A stretch of 63,548 nt of DNA, filler included, from Octopus bimaculoides (Eukaryota): NCBI RefSeq assembly GCF_001194135.2. It is 6 parts of 6 records of this genome, joined end to end, with 100 filler letters (N's around TTAATTAATTAA, not from the genome) between each part and the next. Parts side by side here need not be neighbours in the genome. Positions count along the whole stretch, not along the records: positions 49,742 to 59,248 come from NC_068998.1; positions 59,349 to 63,548 come from NC_068991.1; 4 more parts are not named here. The stretch is one strand, 5' to 3'. The translations under genes were made by a program, and so were the position numbers. Under the pieces are notes generated by a model. That model searched no databases. It was not told the DNA's origin and saw only the letters and a list, made by a program, of their open reading frames with translations. The stretch's first letter is position 1. Every line of letters begins with the position of its first letter. Positions 51,604 to 63,548 of the stretch are shown here, piece by piece.

Positions 51604-51604
51604 A
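51467..51604. repeat. (GAA)n-(TAA)n-(GAA)n compound microsatellite
   Basis: Direct reading. Confidence 0.95.
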
Positions 51605-52639
51605 AATCACCAGCGGCACATGTGTTGTTATATTGCTATATATGTAGTAGGATCTTACATGATATCGTATCAAGAGTTGAAAAACTTCGAAGAGCTAAGA
51701 TTATCCATGCAATCAATAGACAAAAAATATCTCTAAGATTGCTTAAATTCTAACCACATCGAACAAAGAAGAAAACTCAAATGAAATCAACTAGTCGAAA
51801 ATGTTACTAGATAAAGACGATGTAGTTTGGAATGGTTTTGTCTTTTAAAACGCAACAGGCATGTTTCAGTGTTATTAAAACTCCTCAGTGAAGAATATTC
51901 TTTTCAGTTGGTAAGATTTCTATATAAGGAGATGACTCCGAAATCATGCCAACTGAGTAGAATATATCATTAATGAAGTTGGGTAGACGCAAAGTGTGTG
52001 GAAGCCTGAGTTATAGCTGTAATTTAAAGGTTCAGCCTTGTCACACTGATTCTGCCTGAGAATCACGTCAAGGGTACACGTTTCGGTGGAATACTCAGTC
52101 ACTTATAAGCTAATTCAATGAAGAAGCAGTTTAAGTTGATAGAAAAACAACCGAACACTCATCGTCGAAACCGACAGCGATCCATACTCCTTATTCTCCC
52201 CCACCCCATCACAAACACAGGTAAAGTGAGGATGCAGAGAGAAAAGGAGGCTGAAAGCAGTGTGTAACAGAGGAACGTGTGAAATAGATGTTGTGACGTA
52301 GACAGGTGTAGAAAAAAAATAAAAAAATAAAAGCAACAAAGCAAAAGAAATGTATGTATGTNNNNNNNNNNNNNNNNNNNNNNNNNNNNNNNNNNNNNNN
52401 NNNNNNNNNNNNNNNNNNNNNNNNNNNNNNNNNNNNNNNNNNNNNNNNNNNNNNNNNNNNNNNNNNNNNNNNNNNNNNNNNNNNNNNNNNNNNNNNNNNN
52501 NNNNNNNNNNNNNNNNNNNNNNNNNNNNNNNNNNNNNNNNNNNNNNNNNNNNNNNNNNNNNNNNNNNNNNNNNNNNNNNNNNNNNNNNNNNNNNNNNNNN
52601 NNNNNNNNNNNNNNNNNNNNNNNNNNNNNNNNNNNNNNN

Positions 52640-52695
<56 letters not shown>

Positions 52696-53726
52696 GGAGA
52701 ACAACCTACTCTCTTGTTGCCTGAGTCAGGTACATCATACAAGTTACTTCCTTACTTGACGACTCTGATATATGACTAAACCACTATGATACACCACCAA
52801 ACCTCTACGTGGTCACTCGACTCACTAAAAATAACAGCCAAATCTTTAAATCACATCTATCTTACATTAAAAAAAAAAGTAATGGATGCATTTGGAAAAT
52901 GTTATCTTCGGTAGCTTTTACTTAAAAGAAACGGGTTGGAATTATTTAATCATTTTGGTATTTGATGTGCTCGACTAAAGCTTGAACAGTGATGGGAGTG
53001 TTATTGGTGTGATGTAGGGTTGGGAGGATACGCAAGGTGACGACATTCCTCTGTTTTTCAGCTAAATGAGAGTGGAAAGTAACTTATAGTGTCTTGGCCC
53101 TGCTTCTTGGACTTTAGAGTACCCTTTTCCTGCTATCTACTTCTATTACTGGACTTGAATATCTTTGAATTTAGGCTTACTTAGCAACAACTATAACAGC
53201 AATTACAACAATGTTCAAAGAATGATTTTTTTTTTACTCAACTCGGCTCATGGCCAGGTATGTTCGTCGCGTGGGAGTCACCATCAAAGGCTTGGCTTCG
53301 CGAAGGAAGATTCATGACAGCAACTGTATATGCAATCTCGCTGTTGGCTGCCGATGCCAACACGGAACAGGCAGACGCAGTCTCATCGACTGCAAAGGAA
53401 ATTCTATTGTGGATTTAGTGCTGCTGTGTCATAGTTCTTCCTCATTCTTCATTTATCCTCGAGGTCAGCTCTGTGTGCTTTCTCAAAGCAGGAGACAGAA
53501 CGATGAGAGGTGTATCGTTAGGCCTCGCGATTGCAGGCTACAGTAGATCACTGGCAATGATGAAGCGATCTAAGGCGGCGAGTTGGCAGAATCGTGAGTA
53601 CGCCAGGCAAAATGCTTAGCGACATTTTGTCCGTCTTTGCGTTCTAAGTTCAAATTCCGTTGAGGTCGACTTTGCCTTTCATCCTTTTGAAGTCGATAAA
53701 ATAAGTGCCAGATTTACATACATTCA

Positions 53727-53758
<32 letters not shown>

Positions 53759-53889
53759 CATGTGTGTGTCTCTGTGTGTGTGTATGTATGTATTTATATG
53801 TACATGTACGTATATATGCATATATATGTGTATATATGTATATGTATGTATACATATGCATGAGTGTATTAAAATAATAAAGTTAATGT

Positions 53890-54860
53890 CTGGTCGTAGA
53901 CCAATGGTTTCGCATGCACGAAGGCTGTAGCCTCGCAGCCGACTCTGGGGGGCAGGAATCTGTTGCGATCGATGGTCATTTGTTCAACAAAGAATAAATA
54001 GTCCGGCGTTAGTGAGAACGGGTTATCTCCCTCTAGACCAGCTATTTGTAGGCCGGGAAAGGGGAACAAGAGATTTATTCTTTGGACTGTTTTTGGATCG
54101 ACAGAACTCTTCCGGGCTTAGTTAGCGAATGGGCAATCCCATGCTTGCACATGCAGCACTTGAAATGGATGCATGGTGTGAAGATTTCTTGACGAGTATT
54201 CAGTGATTCAGGTCTCAGTGAATCTTTGAGTATCCTGTCTCGCTCGGCCATGCAAAGCTTACAGCGTATGCTCCCGTTGATATAGGGTCCTGGTTGTTCT
54301 AAGATCTTCTACTTGATATCCTATGGAGCCCGTCATCTTTGCGGCGCCACACATGGAATCGTCTTTCCGGGACCCTGCAGGAGGACCTGTGGTTGTAGAG
54401 GCGTCGCTTCAACGCCGTCCCGTCAGCCCTGATATATTTCTAGGCTTGGGTGTTGGTTGCTTTCGCATTACTGATGCATCTTTGGTTGGCTCTGGGCCTG
54501 GGGATGTTGTTGTTGCCACCGGTGTTGTTAAGGCTACCTTCAGTGCTCTTACCATTACGATGCGCGGGTCCGGCAATGCCGCTGTGGTTGCTGTCGTTGT
54601 GGTTGTCGTCGTAGCGGTGGTCGTCCCTGGCCATAGGGTTTGTGCTATTGTCGCCGATGGTGATGTGACTGCCGTCGGTGATGTGGGTGCCGTCGGTGAT
54701 GTGGGTGCCGTCGCTGGTAATGTTGGGTGTGGGGCCGCTAGCCTCGCTGGTACTACTGGTATCGGCATGATCATTTTCTCTGGCTGTAGTGCTGGTACTG
54801 GGGTCTTTCAAGTTTTTTTTTTCATAATCGTATGAATTATCGTATGTAGAATACAAATTC
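53890..54860 (-). mobile_element. Penelope-like element C-terminal GIY-YIG fragment plus 3' region, decayed
   Basis: With frameshift correction: KYIGLTGRRLKRRLYNHRSS...HVWRRKDDG...DIK*KILEQPGPYINGSIRCKLCMAERDRIL...LNTRQEIFTPCIH; preceded by a Thr/Pro-rich ORF. Confidence 0.72.
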
Positions 54861-55519
54861 ACAAAAAATTTTCTGAAAATTCAAAAAAATAATAAAAAGT
54901 TATGAGGTGTTATATGGAGTACTAAAACTAGAATTCTGCATTTGCCAGTGTATAAGACGCACTCTCGCGTAAGACAAACACCTACTTTCTGTGGAAATAA
55001 AATGTATTTTGTGGGATGCGGGGAGCAAATCTAATATGATTTGTCATTCACTCATACACTTGGCATCCCGTCTGTAATACTGTCGCATTAGACGTTTGGC
55101 AATTTTGTAATTACAATTAAGAATAATACTGTAGCTCATAGTTGCTAGTTACGTTTCACTTTACTTGCAATCTATTAAACTACATGTAACGCGTAGGCTG
55201 AACAATTGAAATACTCTATCTCAATGAGTCTTGGTGAAATATGATGCTTATTATGTTCTGCTCGGTGTAACCGCCATAAATGAGTTTTACAGGTATCTGC
55301 TCTCATCTGTCTGTGTGGTATTTAAAGAAATAAAAATGAAATAGATAAATATAATAAAATTGAAAAATAAATAAATCAGCAAACATCAAGTTTGCAACAC
55401 TTGTAAATAAGTTTACTCTGGATAATATAAGCACAATAGACTAAACATTTTTTTTTTTTTCAAATCTTACCGAGCCGTTCGCTCGCTACCACAACTTTCG
55501 TTGTTGATGACATTATTGC

Positions 55520-55740
55520 TGTTGCTTAGCAGCCAGGTCAGCCTTGATCGAGCAGACCTAAAATGAAAGGCATTCCGTACATAACCTAACTTCAACTGTA
55601 GACATAGAACATCCAGCACTATATCGTCTAATGTAACTTCCATTTCTTTAAATGACAGTAAGTGGGATCTGGATAAGACTTGGTAGCAATCTCTTCAGGT
55701 GGTGGAGTGATAATATAGAAGCCTCCGAGGTGGTTTGCCG
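55520..55740 (+). mobile_element. SINE 3' segment
   Basis: ccaggtcagccttgatcgagcagacc...aaaggcattcc block; related segment at 5860-5915. Confidence 0.45.
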
Positions 55741-56079
55741 CTACTTCTCATCTTCAAGTACTTTATCAAAGGCAAGTAGCACATGCTGTCAATGTTTCTC
55801 AAGACTCTAGTCTGCAATTGAAATTACAGTTACTTTTCATAAAATAAAATGTATATTGACCAAGAAGGGCTCAAACTTAGAATCCCACCAAAATGTAAGA
55901 GAAGTGCAATTTCTGTTTAGCTCGGCACAAAGACCGAGTATGTTTAAGAATTAGGACGAAATAGGGTTATCATGATGTTCATCTCATTTCCAAAACCATA
56001 AAGGTAACATGGAGGGATGTATGGTTAAAAAGTTCTCATGGTGGTCGTGCCAGTTGTTAAACACGAGGTCGTTCTTTTA

Positions 56080-56625
56080 CTTTTTACTCGTTTCTGTCAT
56101 TGGACTGTGACCATGCTGGGGCACCGCTTTGAAGGGTGTAGCGGATAAATCAATCCTAGTATTTATTTTTTAAAAGTCTGTGTTGTGGAAGGATCCCGAA
56201 CCATCCCTCAAATGCCTAAAAGGTTGGCAGTTCGTGTAGGTAGCAGTTCACTGTGAGCCTTTGATATAGAGCGTTGAGTCTCGTGTAATATTAATAGAAG
56301 TGCGTCGTGTATATACTTCCTCCCCACCCCCTGTCGTCATGTTATATATCTAATACAAGGATATAAAAGTCTGGTACTTATTTCATTGCTCTCTTTTACC
56401 GAACCCGAACCGCGAAGTTACAAGGACGTAGACAAACCAACACCGGTTTTCAAGCAGTAGGGGGACAAGCACAAAGACCTACAAACACACACTCACGCAT
56501 ATAAACATGACGGTCTACTTTCAGTTTCTATCTACCTAATTCACCCTTAGAACATTGGTCAGCTCGGGACTATAGCAGAAGACACTTGCTCAAAGTGCCG
56601 CACAGTGGTTCTGAACCAGAAACCT
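56080..56625 (-). mobile_element. SINE family A copy interrupted by ~200 bp
   Basis: Tail part 56080-56175 and remainder 56375-56625 are homologous to 50481-50928. Confidence 0.65.
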
Positions 56626-57093
56626 CGTGGTTGAAAGCTAACTTTTTAACCTCACAGTCATGCTTGTTTAAAATGTACAATGAAAGACAGTAGATAGATC
56701 AAATGGTACTTAAACTGATATGTGTCTGATAGTGAAAGTGACTGATATGTTTCGATTTTATTACACCTCCTCAGTCATGATATTCTACTCAGTTGACAGT
56801 AGTACGAGTTAAAAATATATATTGTAATAGAATGTAATGAAGCTGATTATAAATATAAACAATATTGCTGAGAGAAAATATTCTAGGAGCTTGTTCTGCA
56901 TACGGGCGTGGGCTGAAAAGTTCATAAGCTAGCTATGAAGGAGTGATGCTAAGGCTGTGAAATCTTGCATACGTTAATTTCAACCCTTCTTATTAATAAC
57001 AGCATTGTTTCTTTCCAGATAAACTGACATCTGACTGCTCAAAGAAGACTCCAAAAGTAACTAGTAGCGACTTCTCATGAAAATGGGCAAAAC

Positions 57094-57127
<34 letters not shown>

Positions 57128-57590
57128 TGTATGTATGTATGTATAGGTTCCCGCTAGTAGCTAATTGGTGCTCACAAGCTGCAAGCCCAGAGTCACGTAC
57201 AGTGCGTGATCTGGGGACTGATGCCTCGTTTCACGTACACGCCACCTAGATGGTGGCCATGTGCAGGCGAATGACCAGATGGATTCTGAGAACCTTCAAA
57301 ACAAGGGACCAGGAAACTATGCTGATTCTATAAGGGAATGAACCTATATCAAAGCAGGAAACTCAAAAGAGGGCAGCAGTGTCGAGCTGCCTCTTTCCCC
57401 AAAAGCCAATTAGATAAGATTCACCATTGAAATTACACTATTGGTGCTCCAGCATGGTCACAGTAATAGGGTTGAAATGTATAAACGAATAAAAGAATAT
57501 ATATATGTATGTATGTGTATATGTATGCATGTATGTGTGTGTATGTATGTATGTATATACGTGTGTGTGTGTGTGGAGAGAGAGAGATAG

Positions 57591-57592
<2 letters not shown>

Positions 57593-57689
<97 letters not shown>

Positions 57690-57690
57690 A
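57593..57690. repeat. (GAAA)n tetranucleotide microsatellite
   Basis: Direct reading. Confidence 0.95.
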
Positions 57691-57769
57691 ATTAAAGAAA
57701 GGGAGAGAGAGCGCGAGAAGAGGGGTAAGGAAACGTTTCATAACGATTATTTACTTTGCAATGTTTGTT

Positions 57770-58072
57770 CTACGTGACTGTTTTCTGCTGACAATACATT
57801 AAGGCTTGTACACCCAGCAAAGTCATGCAAGAATCGGTAACAAATAAAATATTTCCGGGAACATAGCGTTCTTGTTCTTGGCAACCAGGAAAATGATCTG
57901 AAAAAATAGATATATCCAATTCGTAATTAACAATTAACCAATACATAGTGAAAGCAAGTCGGTCATTTTTCAGAAGGCGAAGGATTTGTTGTATTGTGAA
58001 GACTGCATCTTTCTGCCAGATTAGAAAATTTAGATATTGTAGGCAGTTCAATTCCTTCTTACAATTTACCAT
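57770..58072 (-). CDS. Putative divergent coding exon(s), unidentified
   Basis: 100-aa non-repetitive ORF (MVNCKKELNCLQYLNFLIWQKDAVF...) containing a strong internal acceptor (tctattttttcag| at 57898) and donor-like sites; no family recognised. Confidence 0.25.
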   Translation of the reverse strand: MVNCKKELNCLQYLNFLIWQKDAVFTIQQILRLLKNDRLAFTMYWLIVNYELDISIFSDHFPGCQEQERYVPGNILFVTDSCMTLLGVQALMYCQQKTVT

Positions 58073-58187
58073 TTATCTCTAAAGAAACAAGTGATGGAAT
58101 CTTAACTATATATTTCTTCGTATATTGCAGAGATCAAAGAGTGAGGCATAAACAGAAGTAGCGTGAAAAATCGCGTGAAAATGTAAC
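58073..58187. promoter_or_regulatory. Candidate (possibly bidirectional) core promoter
   Basis: Unique sequence upstream of the ATGGCGGC start; tandem GCGTGAAAA at 58161-58169 and 58173-58181; YY1-like ATGGCGG; divergent ORF starts at 58072. Confidence 0.4.
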
Positions 58188-58359
58188 ATGGCGGCGATAC
58201 GTCCGTCGTCTGCGACCATAGCATGTCTCTATATTACTTTTCTGGCTTTTGTTTTGCTGTGTATCTACAGTTTCACTCCGTTTAATGGACGCCTTATTGC
58301 GGAGAATGTTAGTTATGGAGTGGGTTTCCTTCTTTTATCAACGTTCATTTTAGGTTCTG
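58188..58359 (+). CDS. Probable first coding exon of a membrane/secretory protein gene (unidentified)
   Basis: aacATGGCGGCG start; 57 codons + 1 nt (MAAIRPSSATIACLYITFLAFVLLCIYSFTPFNGRLIAENVSYGVGFLLLSTFILGS) with two hydrophobic segments; ends at a consensus donor G|GTAAGT; non-repetitive, CpG-containing context. Below the ORF-track length cut-off. Confidence 0.62.
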
Positions 58360-59525
58360 GTAAGTAAAATATCCATGGAGGTTATTTCTTGTTCTTTCTC
58401 GATGTCTCTATTATTGCTCTTTATATTGATATCTCACACACACACTCACACATATGCATATATATATATATATATGTATATGTAAATATGTAAACATATG
58501 TATATACATATATATACATGCACATATGCACACACATACACACACACACACACACACACATAAAATCCTTTGTCTGTCCTCAATGCATTCTCAAACAGCT
58601 CAACCAAATCAAATCAAATCAAATTTTACATGGTAATAATATCAGACCTCCTGAGTGTCAACATGTAATTTTTTTCATTTGGATTAAAACAATACAACAT
58701 TGGCACTGGTTCGGTATTACATGTCAAAAGTGAAAGAATAACATCTATATTGTAATGTGATATAGTATTGTTTCACTTTCATTCTTTCACTTTTAATTCT
58801 GATTATATCCTAACATGATGCATCGACAACTTTCCGTCTTTACGGCCACGACAGTGGAATGGTGTGTCAGGGTATGTGTGTTGACTGACATAACGAACGA
58901 CTGGCGGTGAAACTCTTGACAAAAAACAATGAGGTAGCAAGTCCTAGGTATATAAAATACACATTTACCTTTCAATTTACCAGTTAATAATTATCGCAGT
59001 AGTTGAAAATTTACCGTTAAATTAGCAGTTCATACATGTGCTTCTATTTGGTTAATTTGCTTACATTTGGTTAATTTATACTGCATCAAGGATGGCGGAA
59101 AAAAGCAAAATTAAAATAAGTTAAGGGGCATATAATTGTGGCTGCGTTGTTAAGAATTTCGTCTCTTAATACGTGGGTCCTGGTTCAATTCCACTGTACG
59201 GCATCTTAGTTTTGAGTCATCCAAAGCCTTTACACACACACACACACANNNNNNNNNNNNNNNNNNNNNNNNNNNNNNNNNNNNNNNNNNNNTTAATTAA
59301 TTAANNNNNNNNNNNNNNNNNNNNNNNNNNNNNNNNNNNNNNNNNNNNATATATATATATATATACACATATATATATATAGTAGAACCATAAAAAAGTT
59401 CTTGGTCCCGTATGATATATTTGAAAATATGAGAAAAATTGCGGGGAGAATTTTTATTTTAATGATACTGTTTACAGTTACTCTAATAAGTTTCGAGCTT
59501 TTTGATACCCATTTTCAGATTGAAG

Positions 59526-60004
59526 AATAATAAAAGAATACAAAAAGTAAATATAACAGAATTGGTGAAAAAGAAGAAAGAAGTAAAAAAGAAAAAAGAA
59601 AAAAGAAAAAGAAAAAGGTGGAGGTAAGAAGATAAAAAGTAGTTGAAAATGGTCGTGAGAAGAGAGTAGTTTATCAGGAATAAAGAAATGGAATATTTTT
59701 AGGGGTGGTCAAGAATGTTGTTGAGTTCTTGGTAAAAGATGACCTTTGTGAATCTTTTGATTTGCAGCCATTTTATTCAATTTTCACAGTTTGTATGGTG
59801 TACCATTATTTAAGTCACACACGCACACATACATACATATATTCACATACACATACATACATCCACACATCTACACACATATACACACACACAAACACAC
59901 CCACACACACTTACATACCTGCATCTTCGTACACACCTATATACACACATACATTCGCACATATACCCACACACACGCACAATTACATACATACATATGT
60001 CTCC

Positions 60005-60063
<59 letters not shown>

Positions 60064-61736
60064 AATATCCATACGTACACATGCACATATATACACACAT
60101 ATATATAAACACCCCCACACATACGTATGCATATATATCCACACATACACGTTACACATACTCACACATACATACATGTATATGTGTACACATTCATATA
60201 TGTTGACGCATACACACATATGAGGGTGTACATATATACAAACTTATATCCCGATATTCTTATATAAATATACATACTTACATACCTGCACACACATATA
60301 TACATATATACACACACCTATATACATATATACACACACATATATACATATATACACACACCTATAGATATTTCCACACATATATGCACATGTGCACATA
60401 AGATAGTACAAAAACGAGTCTATACTCATATCAGTTGGAAGTAAGTGTCATCAAAAGACAGGATTAGATCTATTATTTTCAAGGGTCCCAGATGAATTAA
60501 ACTTCACGGCAAGAAGTGCAAGAGAAGGTAGCGGTGTCAGACTCTCTCATGCATCGAATGTCAAGATCTAAGAAAAATTTTTCTAGTTAAGTAAAATTGT
60601 ATATGTCGTAAAATCAAATGGTGGCGCCCCAACATGGTCACAGTTCGTGAGCTGAAACTAGTTCAATTCAATTCAATTCATATACACTTTTCTTTGTTCA
60701 AGCAGTGTTTGGTTGGTGTCTTTCTGTGGATTGTTAAGAGAGTAGTTCTGGTGGTTGTGGTATTATTTTTTATTCAGTCTTGGCTGGTATTTTCGAATAA
60801 AATATTCTTACTTGGCCTTACGAAAATGTTCATTTTCAGTTTGAAGAAAGAGAATATTTTGAATTTTCTTTTTCCCCATTTTTCAAAATGTTCGCTACAG
60901 GTTGTGTTTCTAAGGAATGGAGGGATCGTGGATTTGTTGTTTATGTACCCTTACTCTCTCATATAGTCCGATGCTTGTTTCACCAATGTAGTATTCGTTG
61001 TATTCGGGGCATGTGGCACAGTAGATTAAATTTCTAGATTTGCAATTTATATTTGCATTCATTTTGAAAGTGTCATTCTTTTTGAAAGTAATTTGTACTC
61101 CCTCTTCAATGTAGTCACACGTTCCACAACGAGGGTCACCACATTTTTAAACTCTCTTTCTTTTTTTTGGTGGTTTAAATTTTTGCTTGGGTTAAGAGTT
61201 ATTTTATGTTGAATGCTTGCCGTCTGCTATAAATTATTTTTGAGTTTGTTGTTAACTGGTTCATTCTTGATGAATATTGAAGGATTGGAGGTATTGTTTT
61301 GCAGTGTTGATGATGTCGTGAATTTGTGGGTTGTGGGTGATGACAAAAGGAATGCTTATGTATTCATTTTTATTGTGTTTTCTTCTGAGGGTTGTGATTG
61401 GGATGATTTTCGCTTCGTTCCTTTAAAAATATTTTTAATTCGTGTAATCTTATGTCCCTTAATTCTGCATCTATTACTATCGTGCAAATTCTTTTTGCCA
61501 TATTAAAGGACATGTTTCTTTTGATATGTGAGGGACGGGAATGAAAGTTCAAATATTGGTGTGTGTTTGTAGAAGATATCTGTTTTTATAGTGTTATTTT
61601 CTTTAATTAGAAGTATGTCCGAAAATGATAACTCCTTTGTGTTTTGTTCCATGGTGAATTTTATTGAAGTGTGTAAGTCGTTTAAGTGTATATATGTATA
61701 TATATGTGTGTGTGTGTGTGTGGGGGTGTTTATATA

Positions 61737-61767
<31 letters not shown>

Positions 61768-62298
61768 ACGTATGGATATTTATTTATATGAATACACACG
61801 GAGACATGTGTATTATGTGAATGTGTGGGGTATGTATGTGCGAATGTACGTGCATATATGTGTGTACGTAGATGCAGGTGTATAAGTGTGTGTGGGTGTG
61901 TTTGTGTGGGTGTATATGTTTGTAGATGTATGTATACACGCGTGTGTAGATGTGTGGATGTATGTGTATGTGGATGTATGTATATATGTGTGTGTATGTA
62001 TATATATATGACTAAATAAGGGCACACCATACAAACTGTGAAAATTGAACAAAATGACTGCAAATCAAAACATTCACAAAGGTCAACTGTTGACAAGAAC
62101 TCAACAACATTTTTGACCACCCCTAAAAATATTCCATTACTTTATTCCTGATCGACTACTCTTTTCTCACTACCATTCTCACCTACTTTTTGTCTTCTTA
62201 CCTTCCACCTTTTTCTTTTTCTTTTTTTCTTTTTTCTTTCTTGCTTCTTCTTTTTTCACCTATGCTGTTATATTTACTTTTTGTATTCTTTTATTATT
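59526..62298. repeat. ~600-bp inverted repeat arms (59526-60122 / 61703-62298) flanking the PLE ORF
   Basis: Arms match in reverse complement, including unique sequence and the irregular (CA/TA) microsatellite; compare ORFs MVKNVVEFLVKDD.. (+) and MVKNVVEFLSTVD.. (-). Confidence 0.85.
60680..61690 (-). mobile_element. Penelope-like element (RT thumb, Zn-finger linker, GIY-YIG), 5'-truncated, decayed
   Basis: LNDLHTSIKFTME...IKTDIFYK; HIKRNMSFNMAKRICTIV; KCGDPRCGTCDYI; NCKSRNLIYCATCPEYNEYYIGETSIGLYERVRVH. Confidence 0.9.
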
Positions 62299-63369
62299 TT
62301 TTATGTTATTTTTATATTAGTTTTGACTTAGCCAGACCATACAGGCTAGCAGTGTCTTTTGCTGCAGTGTCTTAAAGAAAGAAAGAAAGAAAGAAAGACA
62401 GAAAAAGAAAAAAAAATTTAAATGAATAAAGAAATGTATCTCTCACTCTCTCTCTCTCTCTCTTTCTATCTCCCCTCTGTCTCTCTTTTTCTCTTTCTGT
62501 CTCTAATCTGTGACAATTGTGTCGCCTGTCTATGAGTTCAAGGTGTTTTAACTTCCGGTGCTTTGATAGAGTAATCTCAACTACTCCGTATCGCAGCCTT
62601 CTAGCAAGCACACTCACAGTTGACCATATATGTATATACATACATAGGGAGTTCTACATGCATGTGTGCATGGAATTTGCAATTAACTTTGTTTTTAGTT
62701 TGTTTTTAATGTGGTAAAAACCACACACAACGACCCAAAATATCACACACGTTTATTGCTCGAAATACGGACTAGATAAACAGCCGACAACTGATGAAGG
62801 GTCGTTCCTTGTATCGCTTGTCTTGTTTTACATTTGTTTCTTTCGTTCTTTGCACAAAAAACCCTTATTTCATGTCCTCATAATTCGTATTAATTGTTGT
62901 TTATGTTTTGTGACGTCCTGTACCCACATATGCATATGTATATACATAGACATGTAACGTATACGTTACATGTCTAAGAACACTGACTACACTAATGACT
63001 AATGAGCCCGGCTTTAAACATACATAGACGCCATCATATATATATATATAATACATATATACGTGTGTGTGTATGTATATATGTATATATATATATATGT
63101 ATGCACACACACATACATACATATACAAGCAAGCATACATATATCTATACGCATATATATATACAGGTGCATATGCATTTCTGTATACACACACATACAT
63201 ATATATACACACACTCTCTCGCATACAGACGCACGCGCACCTTCGTTTTGAGATCACCAGTACTTTATTATCTCCCCTTCTTCCGAGCTCCCCTGTCCGG
63301 CCATCACCATGATTGACCGCTAGCTACTAAAGCTTTTTTTTTCTTCTCTTTGTTTATTTTCGCCTGTTC

Positions 63370-63405
63370 CCTTCTGTTGAAGAGCGTAGGCTCGAAATGT
63401 AAAAG
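63370..63405 (+). ncRNA. Minimal hammerhead-like motif, CTGTTGA core
   Basis: CTGTTGA-A-GAGC-gtag-GCTC-GAAA-TG-TA-aaag; second copy at 27395-27430 (-) with cttt/aaag stem I and GTC. Confidence 0.4.
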
Positions 63406-63497
63406 AATTTCTCACCTTCCCGAGCGTTAAACTAATACACCCGTTTGTTGTTTACACACATGTCTTCGTCTTTTGTTTTACGTTAATTCCAACTATT

Positions 63498-63548
<51 letters not shown>

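Noticed and set aside
54323-54835. 170-aa hydrophobic plus-strand ORF
   Set aside because: Antisense shadow of the Thr/Pro-rich segment attached to the minus-strand PLE endonuclease.
62750-62815. CTGATGA and GAAA near each other
   Set aside because: Wrong order and no GAAA after the stem; at most a decayed PLE terminal remnant.

Overview
AT-rich, gap-ridden, microsatellite-dense metazoan genomic DNA. The SINE/LINE families resemble those of octopus (coleoid cephalopod), which is inference from recognition only. One gene is confidently identified: a single-coding-exon SF3B5 on the minus strand (6632-6889), with a probable 5'-UTR intron. A probable first coding exon of a membrane-protein gene starts at 58188 (+), next to a possible divergent ORF. 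Most of the window is decayed mobile DNA: tRNA-derived SINEs, RTE LINE fragments and 3' UTR tails, an R4/Dong-like RLE LINE, a complete maT (DD37D) element, Tc1, two mariners, Helitron-type non-autonomous elements, MITEs and three Penelope-like element (PLE) fragments. The most interesting signal is a set of at least four families of hammerhead-ribozyme-like motifs in small dispersed repeats, each with its own non-canonical core: G3-C8 swap (2 copies), U4C (2 copies), A6U (2 copies) and U3 (1 copy, with full stems II and III). Nearly all long ORFs in the supplied track are microsatellite or N-gap artefacts.
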